A stretch of 63,795 nt of DNA, filler included, from Octopus bimaculoides (taxonomy: Eukaryota): NCBI RefSeq assembly GCF_001194135.2. It is 8 parts of 8 records of this genome, joined end to end, with 100 filler letters (N's around TTAATTAATTAA, not from the genome) between each part and the next. Parts side by side here need not be neighbours in the genome. Positions count along the whole stretch, not along the records: positions 16,482 to 40,617 come from NC_068992.1; 7 more parts are not named here. The stretch is one strand, 5' to 3'. Position numbers and translations under genes: made by a program. This document shows, one piece after another, positions 25,080-38,899 of this stretch. The notes beneath the pieces were generated by a model. That model was not told the origin of the DNA. It worked only from the letters and a program-made list of their open reading frames with translations, and did no database searches. How positions within the stretch are numbered: position 1 is the stretch's first letter; each line of letters starts with the position of its first letter.

Positions 25080-27958
25080 TGCATTTACATAGCTGCCAAA
25101 TCATGTTTATTTTCGTAATTATTTCTGAAATAATTTATGTAGAGGTATTAGACAGAAAATTCAGTGACAGATGGAACCACGGCACGAGGACAATTATATT
25201 TTATACCTAAAATATGGTTATCCTATATTCTGCTTGTATAATCTTTCAAATAAATTCAATACATTAACGTATTTCGACATGTATACCCAGCTTACAGAAA
25301 ATGTCTGCTGAATGATAGCATATAGTAGCTGATGCCCAAATACAAGCTTTTAAATGCTCACTCTGAGGATTTTGCCGAGTTAATATTAAATAATATGTGT
25401 GTGTATATGTGTGCTTATATGTGTGTATGCGCTTGCGCGCGTGTGCGTACGTGTATGCATACGTACATATAAATAAATATATAAGTACAGAGGTTCAAAA
25501 GAAAAAATTAACAAATACGTTTTAAAAAGCAAGCCGATGGCAAACAAACAAAAAAAAAATACTTATTCTATTGCGAGAAATGTAAGTTCAAGAATCATAT
25601 TTGAAATGAAAGAAAACACAGGAACATAAATCATAATAAACGGATAAACAGAGAATTACATTTCTATGGGAAATTGAATATCAGAAAAAATAAGAAAACC
25701 GACAAATTTCCAAGTGATTTTGAATAGGTTGGGGAGAAAGAAAATAAACGGTAAAATATAACATAAACAAAACTTAGTTACTACATTTGTTTAGTTTCTT
25801 CAAGGTAATTGTTTATTTTATTCGTGCCTTATTTCCTCTAGTAAACAGAAACCAGGTCTCAATTTTAACCTGCATACGTGAGTGTGATTATATATNNNNN
25901 NNNNNNNNNNNNNNNNNNNNNNNNNNNNNNNNNNNNNNNNNNNNNNNNNNNNNNNNNNNNNNNNNNNNNNNNNNNNNNNNNNNNNNNNNNNNNNNNNNNN
26001 NNNNNNNNNNNNNNNNNNNNNNNNNNNNNNNNNNNNNNNNNNNNNNNNNNNNNNNNNNNNNNNNNNNNNNNNNNNNNNNNNNNNNNNNNNNNNNNNNNNN
26101 NNNNNNNNNNNNNNNNNNNNNNNNNNNNNNNNNNNNNNNNNNNNNNNNNNNNNNNNNNNNNNNNNNNNNNNNNNNNNNNNNNNNNNNNNNNNNNNNNNNN
26201 NNNNNNNNNNNNNNNNNNNNNNNNNNNNNNNNNNNNNNNNNNNNNNNNNNNNNNNNNNNNNNNNNNNNNNNNNNNNNNNNNNNNNNNNNNNNNNNNNNNN
26301 NNNNNNNNNNNNNNNNNNNNNNNNTATATATATGTGTATATATATATATGTATATATATGCAGTTATATATATGTACATATGTATAAATATGAATATATA
26401 CATATATGTATATATATATATATATATATAAGTATATATAAATGTATATATATATATATACATTATATACATATATATACATTACATACAGATACACACG
26501 CACTCACCACGCACACGTCCACACACGCCCACACCCATATCCAGACACCCAAACGCACACACGCACACACGCACGCACCCACCACGCACCCCCATATATA
26601 TGTACTTCTAAGTACACACGCACATATACCCACAAGTCTTCTTTGCTTATCGATTTCTATAAATTCTACGGAATCTTTGGAATTCCTGATGTATATCCAG
26701 TAGCAACAGCATTCCCAGTGTATGCTTGTAGCAGGTAGCCAATAACCTTTGCATAGCATACTACAAGATTCTTATCTGATTCTTATTTAACTAACATAAT
26801 ACATACATAGATACATGCATACATATATACATACAGACACACACGTGTATATATATATATATATATATATTTACAATTATAAAGGATGAAATCTTAAAAA
26901 GTTTTATCATTGGCCAGCATATAATATAGACCTGTTAAGGTGAACTCATGTATAAATAATTATAATAGTACAAAATCCAGTTATTATTAAGAGCATAGAC
27001 ATGGTCTCTAGTATGCCGTTAAATATAATTGTATTTCATACTATTATAATTCTCTATATATATATTGATAGATAGACAGACAAACAAATAGACAGATAGA
27101 TAGATAAAGAGATAACTAAATAGATATATAGATAGATAAATATATAGATAAATAGACAGATAGATAGATCACACAGACACTTTATCTCTGCGTATATATA
27201 TATAGGAGGAAGAGGAATTCTGATGAGCGCTAGATTATATCATCGGTTTCCACGCACGTTGTTTGGAATTCTGCATTTGATGATCCTAGTGCATTGGGAT
27301 GCTGAATAACAATGGCCCATCAGGTATCACTTTTTCGCATTATTGTACTGAGAACTAATATCAGGTGCTGGATAGATAGACGCCGAAACATATTATAATT
27401 AGTTTTGCAAGGGAAGTTGACAGAAAGCTAAGAGCAGACGGAGATAAATAGGAACGAAGAAACAAGAGAAAGTGAGACAGCAAAGACAGAATAGAGAATA
27501 AGAGAAAGAAAAATATAAGGAAGATAAAACAAGACAGAGAGCCTTAGCTTTCTGTCTATTCCCCTGTATAAATATTTATGAAATGTTTCGTCATCTATTC
27601 AAATCCAGATATTGCTTCTTTGTGACATAATGCAGCGTAATATTCCCTAGTTATACCTAGTGTTTAAGCATCCAAATGCATCTTGAACATGCAATGTAGG
27701 GTTCCAAAGGACCAAAATCTTGGAACATGCTTTAGAATGGATGATATACAAAATTGTGTTTATTGCAATTTCTCCTACATTTCCTCTGAATAACATAACT
27801 AGTACAAATATTTATCTATAATAGTTACTTCGCCGTTATACCGTAAGCAGATTAGACAATGAGAATCTACGCCGTGCTCTAGACTTACTTAACAGTGGCA
27901 GTCGTACATTCATTTACACACACACAATAATCTGTGTTTGCGTGTATATATATATATA

Positions 27959-28001
<43 letters not shown>

Positions 28002-28859
28002 TTTAAATCTCTCAAAGAGAGACATTCAGTAACAGTTCTTTAAAGTAAAGGCTATTTGCCAACACAATGTGGCTGCCCTGGAAGGGACGATTGTTACTGT
28101 TGCTTTAGCCCCGAAGAATCATCGCTTCTAACCGGCTATATGACACATATCTTAAAAGCATACTCACCAAAAATCTGTACTGCAGAACTTCCATCATGCA
28201 CTAACTTTCATATTTTCCAAATATACTATAAGTGTCCAAACTCCTTCCTTTCGAAATTACTTGCATTGCATGACGGCCTGTTCTTGTCTTAGAGTCTTTT
28301 AAAATAACAAACTTTCATGTTATGCTCGTTCTACCTAAGACAATGGTAACAATTTTGCCTTATCATTTCACATTTCAGATACAGCGAGTAGAAATTTATC
28401 GGCTTCATCATCTCTTATCTAGACAGGTGATAACGCTGCAGCTAAAGATGAATACCAATTTGCGTCGGAATGAATCTCTCTTACTTCGACTGAATATATA
28501 GCTGTACATAAACGCATATACACATACGCTTCCATATATATATACATATACTTACATACAAACATATATGCCTATTCATATTATATATAGAGGAATGACC
28601 TCAAAGACGTCAACATTTTGACTACATTCAAAAAGCGGTGTCTGTGGAATTGTGGACATTGACGTTAATATTGTAAGGGCTGCGTCTCTTTCCCTCTCTG
28701 TCTCTCTCTTTCTCTTTCTTTTTCTCTTCGTTACACCCACCTAGTAAGTTTTTTTCTCGAATACTGTAGAATTAACTATTTGGACAAATCTTAACAGTGT
28801 TCCAATGCGGTTTCCCTACTCAGTGAAGTGCCCCTGCTATGATATCTACAGACTACAAA

Positions 28860-29520
28860 TTCGGTTTTTCTATGATTTAAACAATACATCATAGAACAAC
28901 CGAAATCAATATTCCATCTTCGATTACGTAATTAAAAACCTCAACATGGATCTGAGACTCATTACATGGAAAATTACTCCAGAAATTGGATATCAAACCT
29001 ACTTCAACCGAATGGATCGATCACATGTAATATGATGACAGATCAAACATCATATTTATGTGAAATTTCTCCGTGGCATTAACAGTTGTTTAATCAAGGT
29101 TGTATCCTCGCATACGTTCAATGTATATGAAATTGTTTTGATGAATATCAGCCGCGAATCCAAACGCGCATTCACAATTCAATGCAAATATGATGAAACA
29201 CTTTTCAAGCTATGATGTTGTAGGACTAACAGGCCCACCGCTAAATAAAAGAAATAAAAAGCGACCAAAATTAGAAAAGCAAACAAAACACCGAGTAAAC
29301 CGTATTTCTACCACGATTATATATGAACTGCGATGTATTGAAGTAAATGCTATTCTATCTTTAGCTGAATTTGATTTGCGTAATACCTTCGATTCATGTA
29401 TTTGTAGTCTTGAAATATTTGGCCTCACTGACAACAAACCGTAAGGAAGGCCCAATACGCTCGCGGAAAGCAAATCGTCGAACGGCGTTTTACAAGGGTA
29501 ATAAAAATACTTCTTAACTA
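28860..29520 (+). mobile_element. Old RTE LINE RT remnant
   Basis: NQGCILA...QCKYDETLFKL...TIIYELRCIEVNAILSLAEFDLRNTFDSCICSLEIFGLT follows the RTE RT motif order. Confidence 0.5.
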
Positions 29521-30406
29521 CCAATGACTATGTAGGTATGCTTGCATGTAGGCATTGTGATATATATGTATTAATCACATAACTTAATAACTTAATATAT
29601 GTATATATACAAGTTGCGTGTCTTGTTTTCCATTTGTTTCTTTCGTTGTTCGCAAAAAAGTACATATTCCATGTATTCGTATTTCGTATTTCATGTTGTT
29701 TACGTTTTGTGACATCCTGTGCCAACATATGTATATGTATATACGTATATATATAAGTATGCATATATACGTATGTATATATGCATATATATATATTTAT
29801 TATTTATATTATATATATTTATATATATATATATATATATATNNNNNNNNNNNNNNNNNNNNNNNNNNNNNNNNNNNNNNNNNNNNNNNNNNNNNNNNNN
29901 NNNNNNNNNNNNNNNNNNNNNNNNNNNNNNNNNNNNNNNNNNNNNNNNNNNNNNNNNNNNNNNNNNNNNNNNNNNNNNNNNNNNNNNNNNNNNNNNNNNN
30001 NNNNNNNNNNNNNNNNNNNNNNNNNNNNNNNNNNNNNNNNNNNNNNNNNNNNNNNNNNNNNNNNNNNNNNNNNNNNNNNNNNNNNNNNNNNNNNNNNNNN
30101 NNNNNNNNNNNNNNNNNNNNNNNNNNNNNNNNNNNNNNNNNNNNNNNNNNNNNNNNNNNNNNNNNNNNNNNNNNNNNNNNNNNNNNNNNNNNNNNNNNNN
30201 NNNNNNNNNNNNNNNNNNNNNNNNNNNNNNNNNNNNNNNNNNNNNNNNNNNNNNNNNNNNNNNNNNNNNNNNNNNNNNNNNNNNNNNNNNNNNNNNNNNN
30301 NNNNNNNNNNNNNNNNNNNNNNNNNNNNNNNNNNNNNNNNNNNNNNNNNNNNNNNNNNNNNNNNNNNNNNNNNNNNNNNNNNNNNNNNNNNNNNNNNNNN
30401 NNNNTA

Positions 30407-30448
<42 letters not shown>

Positions 30449-31179
30449 AAGAGAGAAAGAGAGAGAGAGAAAGAGAGAAAGAGATAGAGGATAGATGATA
30501 GATATATATACATGCACATACATATGCATATATACATTCATGCCATACATACACATACACAAATAGGTAATTGAATATATTTTTCAATGAGTGAATATCT
30601 AGATATGTGTGGGCTTTTATTCCCTTGAGTAATATATTTTATATATTTCCAACTTTTTATGTTGCTATTCACTCCATATTAGAAAGATAAATCATTGAAA
30701 GGAAAAAAAAATTAAAAGCGATATATAAAAAAAACGACAAAAAGAAGCGAATTGCGTGGGTGGATGACATACCGTTGGAAACTTAATTTCTGGCAGTTGT
30801 CTCTGAAAATATCCAAAAACTGAAAGTTTCTGCAGGTAATTAGGGATATAATTGTAGAAGTTAAAAGTGCCAAATTATAGATTCTATCTTTAACATCACA
30901 CCGCCCCCACATATACATCAACGCACGCGCACACACACACACACACACTTACAAACACACCGACACAGAGATGCACACAATCACAGTGTCTATTACTTTC
31001 TACATGTTTCTCTTTCTCTTTCCTTTTTGTATAGTAGAAGGTAAACGGAAGCGCTGTATTTGATGAAATGATATTTGACATCATATCACACCCTTTTGCA
31101 ATCTCATCCTTCCTCGTCTACAGTTTTTCTTCATCTCCATCGTCGACATTTTCCACTAATTCCTGGGCTTTTCTGAATC

Positions 31180-31570
31180 ATGAAAGTATTTCTAGTATTG
31201 TAGGGAAAGACGACGACAACGCCGCTGACGCCGCTGCTGTTGTTCTTGCTATTGCTGCTGGTGCCGCTGGTGCCGCTGGTGCCGCTGGTGTTGTTGTTGC
31301 TGCTGCTGCTGCTGTAACCGCTAGGGCTGATAATGATAATGGTGACGATGATGATGGTGATATTCATGGTGATGATGATGATGAGGAGAAGGAGGAGGGG
31401 AGGCGAAGGACGATGATAATGAGGATGGTGTTGATGATAGTCATGATGATGATGCTGATGATAATGATGTTCATAATGATGATGAAGATGATGTTGATAA
31501 TGGTGATGATGACGACGATTGTAATGATGATCAACATGCTGCTGCTGATAACAATCCTTCTGCTCACCAC
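31180..31570. repeat. Degenerate mixed trinucleotide low-complexity tract (GAC/GCT/GGT/GAT)
   Basis: Seen directly. It produces the overlapping low-complexity ORFs 31068-31636. Confidence 0.8.
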
Positions 31571-32139
31571 CATCGGCCTCATAGTCCTCCTTTTCTCTGA
31601 ATCTTGACAAAAAATACTGTTGCAAACTTGCAACACTTCAGAATAAAAAAAACAAAAACATCATTGAAATCAAAGCGTTTTGTTATCCTTCACACATTTA
31701 AAACATTTAATATTTCTAATATTTCACTAATCCATACATCTTCGTATCCACCAACTCATCTTCCAATCCTCGCAATCATTTCTCGATCATTCATTCACTC
31801 AATGTCTGTGTGNNNNNNNNNNNNNNNNNNNNNNNNNNNNNNNNNNNNNNNNNNNNNNNNNNNNNNNNNNNNNNNNNNNNNNNNNNNNNNNNNNNNNNNN
31901 NNNNNNNNNNNNNNNNNNNNNNTTTATGTGTGTGTGTGTGTGTGTGTGTATGTAGGTATGTGTATGTGTGAATGTTAGCAACTATGCATACATATATATT
32001 TGCATATATGCATGCTTGTGTATATTATAGTCAAAAGGTTCTTTTGAATGAATTTCATATCTATTACAGTGCAAACAATAGCTGTTATATTTAACACTCA
32101 CATTTTATTTAAAGGAACATCGAAGAGTTCTTGAAAGAA

Positions 32140-32179
<40 letters not shown>

Positions 32180-33444
32180 TACACACGCACACATACATAA
32201 AATCTAATATATAAAATTTGTGTTTGCTATCATAGCGTAAGATGTAGAATCATTGGGAATATTAATAAGAAGCATATCAAAACCGATGATGATGATGATG
32301 ATAAAGATGATGATGATAATTTTTCACAGGTTCACAAGGTCACATATTTGGCGATTGAGGCTTACAGTCGATTTTATCAATCCCGGTATACGTTCGGTAT
32401 GTTAACATATCATTACCCACTGAAACTTGCAGGCATAACTGACCACTAGTTTCTGAATTCAAAAGATGAAAGCGCCGTAACTCATTACTGTAAGGTATTT
32501 TCTAAGCCACTCTAAGGATTCGATCCATCCAACGAATCAAATATAACGATGAAGAAAAATTTGAAGACTAACTGTGTAATTAAGTGTGCCAAGATAAACT
32601 TGGTGGGTGAAAAGTTACCTAAATGTACAAATTCTGTTTTTAATGTAAATAGAAATGAGAGACTCAAACCAGCACCGTCTTAAGGTATGCGCACACAGGG
32701 CTGTTTTTTAGAAGTCACACGCGTTTACGGACCCAATTCTAATCTATAAATGCTGTGGTTTGCTGTCAAATATATAAATAGAATAGGGTCCAATACATAG
32801 ACCTGCCAGGGGCTTGTATTTCTGTTAAGACTGCCCTGACTCGAACATGAATTTATGGATATTTAATAGCCAAAGTTTTATACCCTGTAAAACAAACAGA
32901 TAAAATATATTATGTAAGAATATTATAGACACATTTGATTAATATATAAAACAGTTGAATGTGAAAATAAATCAGAAGAATAAGAATAAGGCAAGAGACA
33001 TCAACGTTGTAATTGTTGAAGTGAAATTTATAGTTATAATGTTCTCAACTAGAAGTTAAATGAATTAGCAAGACTAGACAGAAAACAAGAGAAATAATGA
33101 CTGCATTTAAGACAATCTTGCGAAAATCTGACAAAGACAAATTATATTTATCATGAACATAGAGAGGTAGATGTTTCACGCAACTAAAAGTCTGTTAATA
33201 TATTATAAAATATATCCTGGAGATATAAAAGTACTTAGTATATACCCAAGCATACTAATACAATTAGCTACAAAATACAAACGGATCGGAAAGTAATCTT
33301 TTTCTTCAAGGAAAATAATAAATACAACAGAAGCGCTAAAATGAAAACAAGTCAGAAAGAGAATTGTGAAAGAATAAGAGAAATTGTTCAAAACAAAGTC
33401 AAGAGACATAATCTATAATGAAAATAATAATGATGATAATAATA

Positions 33445-33956
<512 letters not shown>

Positions 33957-34034
33957 GAAGCTGTGCAGCCTCTAGAAAAGCGACCGAAACCAGCCGTCGC
34001 AAGGACAGCGTCCACATATTGGTGATTGACCCTA

Positions 34035-34420
34035 TTAAAAGGTTTTGGTTGATCCAGATTCCTTGCTTACCCTTTCTATGATGTGACGCGTGCGGTGAAG
34101 GTTGTCATGGACGCATCTAGTTGGGATAGCACATATCTGCAGGTCACCAACTACTCTACCTACGACACGCCCCAACCTCTTGTGTAATGCCTTGGCTAGA
34201 AGCTTGTAATCTGTCTTCAACAGAGTTACAGACTGAAATTTTCGATTTGGTTTCTTTGTTCGGATCCATTCCCAGCAACACTACACAGGGAATTCTTCCA
34301 TTATTTTGCCAGTTGGCTAACACAAGTACATCCAGACCTAGCCGAATATGCACATTTGATTGCATACGGTTGTCGAAAACAATCTTCAGTCGTAGTTACA
34401 ACTGACTCATTAAGGCATAT
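34035..34420 (-). mobile_element. L1/Tx1-clade LINE RT N-terminal remnant
   Basis: NWQNNGRIP...TDYKLLAKALHKRLGRVV...QICAIPTRCVHDNLHRTRHIIERV. Confidence 0.75.
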
Positions 34421-34429
34421 ATCGTAGAT

Positions 34430-34900
34430 CTGTAATGAGGATAGTTTACAGGGATTTAGATAGTTAAATTTTGTCAAATATTTCAGTTGATCCCTCACAG
34501 CATTATTCAAACTAGTGACTCCTCAGATGATAATCCGACGCCATATAAACCCGATCATGCTACCGATAAGGTATCGATCTAATTATCTGCAAGTCTATAA
34601 AGATATTGCATTCTAAGCTAACCAATAAACATTTGGTTTTTCCAAAATTTCAAAATAACAAAATTCATGATTTTGCTATATAAGGTCACAGAATCCTGGT
34701 TGATGACGCATTTCTAATATAATTTGTTGTTAACCTCTATCACTGCTTTAGGTCAAAGTACGTTTCGGCAAGTATTTCACCCAAGGATAAATGTAAATAA
34801 CCATGCTGTATACAAGCTCGTAATTCATCAACTCTGTTCATTCAGCCATATCAACACTGGGCACCACAATCGTAATATTAATAAAATCATTCTCGAATTA
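34430..34900 (-). mobile_element. Possible Penelope-like RT remnant
   Basis: Weak, heavily decayed YIYPWV... and SGLYGVGL...GVTSLNNAVRDQLKYLTKF resembling the PLE GLYRDDGL region. Confidence 0.35.
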
Positions 34901-35130
34901 TTATTAAATTCAATTATTAAATCTATCTAATTGGATTATTATGAAAATTTATTTCATTAAATTCGAAACTAAAACTGAATTTTTGATTTATTTGGTTCAA
35001 CTAAAATTAAATTTCCTGTGAAAATAGTTTTATATCATTTGAATTGTAATTTCAATTGATTTTCAAGTTATTTGGGCGTTTGCAGACCAGAAATGCATCG
35101 AACATTTGAATACTTAGGTTTATAAATGTA

Positions 35131-35229
<99 letters not shown>

Positions 35230-35763
35230 AATATAAATAAAAAAAGCTGTATAGACACACACACGCTGCAGAAACGTAGACATATTTATCTGTATACTCG
35301 GCAGCTATAGATTAAAAATTATTATAAATAAAGCAAAAGAAGTCAATAGATATAACAAAAATTATACAGCCGTACACGCGAACACACACATACACACATA
35401 CACAAATATATAAATGAATAGAGAGGCTCATACAGCATACAAAAACGCACAGGGATATATATATATATATATATATATACATGCATACGTACGAATATCT
35501 GTATATGTACATGTGAGTGTGTGTGTGTACGTGTGTTTAAATTTCCAATCGCGAGAAAGCTTTTATGTCGATTTGCGAGAAACCACAGCTTTTGAAAGTA
35601 TGTATGTATGTATGTATGTATGTATGTATGTATGTATGTATGTATGTATGTATGTATGCATGTATGTATGTATGTCTGCATAAATGTATGCATGTGTGTA
35701 TGTATGCAGGTGTATATGTTTGTGTGCATGTAAGTATGTCTCTGTATATATGCATCTATATAC

Positions 35764-35811
<48 letters not shown>

Positions 35812-37006
35812 ATAGATATGTATATATATATATGCGATACACATGTTATTATAAATAATACACGCACGCACACACACACATATATATATATATACATACA
35901 CTCGTAGATATATACGGGATAGTATATATAAATATATATATTCATTTGCATGTGTCTATGAATGTGTATGTGTGTGTATTTGTTAGAAAAACACAACAAA
36001 CACCGAATTCACAATTAATATGTAGAGTCAGGTAGTATTTGTGTATGGTAAATAAAGATTTAAATATCTAGACTTGATACAATTTCTCTTGCTGTGAGCT
36101 GAACTGTGATAATTGCTTTAAACGAAGAAAAAAAATACGTGTTATAAATTCCATACAAGAACTGTAAAAATACTACTAAAAGCGATGTAAGTAGGTATTT
36201 TCACTTTTTAACCAATAAACAATTCCTAAAACGCTATAAATTAAAAGAAATCGTCAAACAAGATAACATAAAAGTTATCTTCAGGTGCACACCAACTGGA
36301 GGTATAAATTCAGCAGAAGCTATCAAGGTAGTGCCTACGTGATCATATGTTCTACTAGAAGTAGCAGTGAAATCTTTCTAACAATGTCTTAAAACTAGAA
36401 AATAATAATTGGATAATGTCTTTGTTGACTTCTCTTTTCTTGAAAACATGCGTGTTCATGAATAAGAAGTTTTTTTCAATAGATCTACTGGATGCCGGTT
36501 AATCTAATGCTAAACCACATCAACAACAGTAACACAATTATATGAAGATATAATTTATAATTATCTGTGACAACTGATTCGAAAGAACGAATTTATTACT
36601 TCTCAAATGTATAATTATTATAAAGAGGTGATATGCTGCATTTAAACGTTCGTGTGCACATGCAGAAAGACTGGTGCCCAGAAGGTCTCTCATAAGAGAA
36701 ACTATCTTCATATAAAATATTTGTACAAACGCACTGAGGCGAGCTATGAAGTATAACATTGGACTGTATGTCATGTTGTTCAGTGTCGTTACACTTCATC
36801 AGATACGTATTCCGAATCCGTAGCTCATAGCGTTTTAAGAACTACCGTTCTTATATTCAAATAGCCATTAAAATATTTGCCTGCATGTGTCATAGCTGAT
36901 TAAACTGGACTTATTAATTAACATCACAGTGAACAGCAAAGATTAAGCTAAATTAGTGAAAACTTTTACCGCGGTAACTGTCTGAGAAGAGAAGATTTTA
37001 TAGTTA

Positions 37007-37540
37007 TTAGGTCGTCAAATATGAAATTTGTAGAAAAAATAAGCTTGCTAATATTTTATAAATACAAGGAAGAGTTTTATGCATCAAAGTATGCACCCAT
37101 ATTGTCTACACTTTTGCCATTTCAGCGGTAGCTTTTCCAGCCCGGAACTGTAAAAGCCTAGCAATCTAGAGTCAATAAAATCCTGGAAGGCCTGTCTAAC
37201 AGCATCGTCGGAATTAAACTTTTTTCCTATCAAAAAGTTATCTAAATGCTGGAAGAAGGGGTAGTTAGGACGAACAAGATCAGGGGAGTATGGTAGATGA
37301 TGGAGAACTTCCAGATCCAACTCCTGTAGTTTCGCCGATCTCATTGTTGCGATGTGTGATCTGGTGTTGTCTTGCTATACAATAGGAGTCGACCTGTTGA
37401 CTAATCTAGGCTGTTTTTTGTAAGTTTTTGCATCATTTGGTCCAGTTGGCTGCAGCATAATTCAGCCGTGGTTGATGAGCCAGGTTTAATGAAATCATAA
37501 TGGATCACACCTGTGCCAGACCACCAAACACACACCATCT
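37007..37540 (-). mobile_element. mariner transposon 3' half (same family as 47671-48757)
   Basis: TA-TTAGGTCGTCAA TIR at 37005-07. ORF ...HHLPYSPDLV...LEKLPLKWQKC. Truncated by a SINE at about 37540. Confidence 0.88.
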
Positions 37541-37694
37541 TTCAGTTTTCCGTTTACGAAATCCACTCACAAGGCCTTGGTCGGCCCGAGGCAATAGTAG
37601 AAGACACTTTCCCAAGGTGCCACGCAGTGGGACTGAACCCAGAAACATGTGGTTGGTAAGCAAGCTACTTACCACACAGCCACTCCTGCGCCTA
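37540..37694 (-). mobile_element. tRNA-derived SINE, family B (5' part)
   Basis: Reverse complement of GGCGCAGGAGTGGCTGTGTGGTAAG...GGGTTCAGTCCCACTGCGTGG. Confidence 0.88.
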
Positions 37695-38387
37695 TGAAAC
37701 AACATCCTCATCCCTTCCAAAGGAAATTACGAACAAAGACAAAATAAAAGACATGGAGAGACAGAGAGAGAGAGAGAGAGAGAGAAAGAAAGAAAGAGAG
37801 AAAGAGGCAGAGAGAGAGAGAGACAGACAGACAGAGAGAAAGGGAAGGAGGGAGTGAGAATGGGAAAGCAGTGCACGATGGAAAGTTTGTGAATGTATCA
37901 TGAATTTCTACGTAACGAAGTGTGATTATCCGCTATTTTCTGTTTATAGTGACTATGTGTATATTTTTATCTGTAAACATTACATACATGCGTATATTTC
38001 TGCATGAACATATGAGTGTACATTTGTGTATTAATGTAAGTGTATATGTATGTGGGAGTTTATGATTTAGTTCTCAACGTACATTTGTGTGTGTATGCAT
38101 TTGCATCTTTGTGAGTGCGTGTGAGTGTGTGTGAAAGGGAGCGCGTGTGTGGTTTCTCCCTTCACAGTGATGTAAACTTTTGAATTCAATATTGTGGATA
38201 AAAACATATCTAAGCAACAGGGAAATAAGCAGAGAAAATACAAAAAAGAAATCTGAAAGCCAAATATATCAGAAAAAAACCATCTTACAAATTGTAAATC
38301 TAATATACATATACATAGAAAATATAAACAAACATAATTCAAGAAACACCATCCTCATCCCTTAATAAAGACAAAATAAATCACAAG

Positions 38388-38454
<67 letters not shown>

Positions 38455-38899
38455 GGGGGAGTGAGAGAGAACGGGAAAGCAGTGCACCGTGGAAAGTCAG
38501 ACAGGGGAGAGAATGAAAGAGAGAGCGTGAAAGAGAGACAGAGAGAGAGAGATAGAAGTAGTGAGAGGAAGGCGCGGAGACAGAGTAAAGAATAAAAGAG
38601 CGTGAGTAAGAGAGAGGGCTTCAAGAGAGAGGGAGAAGGGAGAGAAAAAATTAAAGTAAGTGCTTATTTGAAAATAAACACTTTAAAGTACACGAGGTAA
38701 AAATCCTGACATCTGTTTCATAAATATTTAAATCTACCAATGGGAATTTTTCGAGGAATTTTTTTATGTTTTGTTTTATCCTTCGCTTTCTGCCTCTCTC
38801 ATAATTTTCATTTCATATTTTCTTTAACATAGTGATGGCTGAATGTGTCTATTAAGCTTAAAATGTCCAGTTGGTGTATTCAAGGAAAACTATAAATGC

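Noticed and set aside
31068-31636. Ala/Gly/Asp/Met-rich or His-rich ORFs of 90-180 aa
   Set aside because: Degenerate trinucleotide repeats open in several frames on both strands; no domain or splice support.
36290-36335. ttcag|...CTPTGGINSAEAIK resembling the aldolase PTGG motif
   Set aside because: It overlaps a dispersed-repeat motif related to the 63541 unit; a 14-residue similarity is chance-level.
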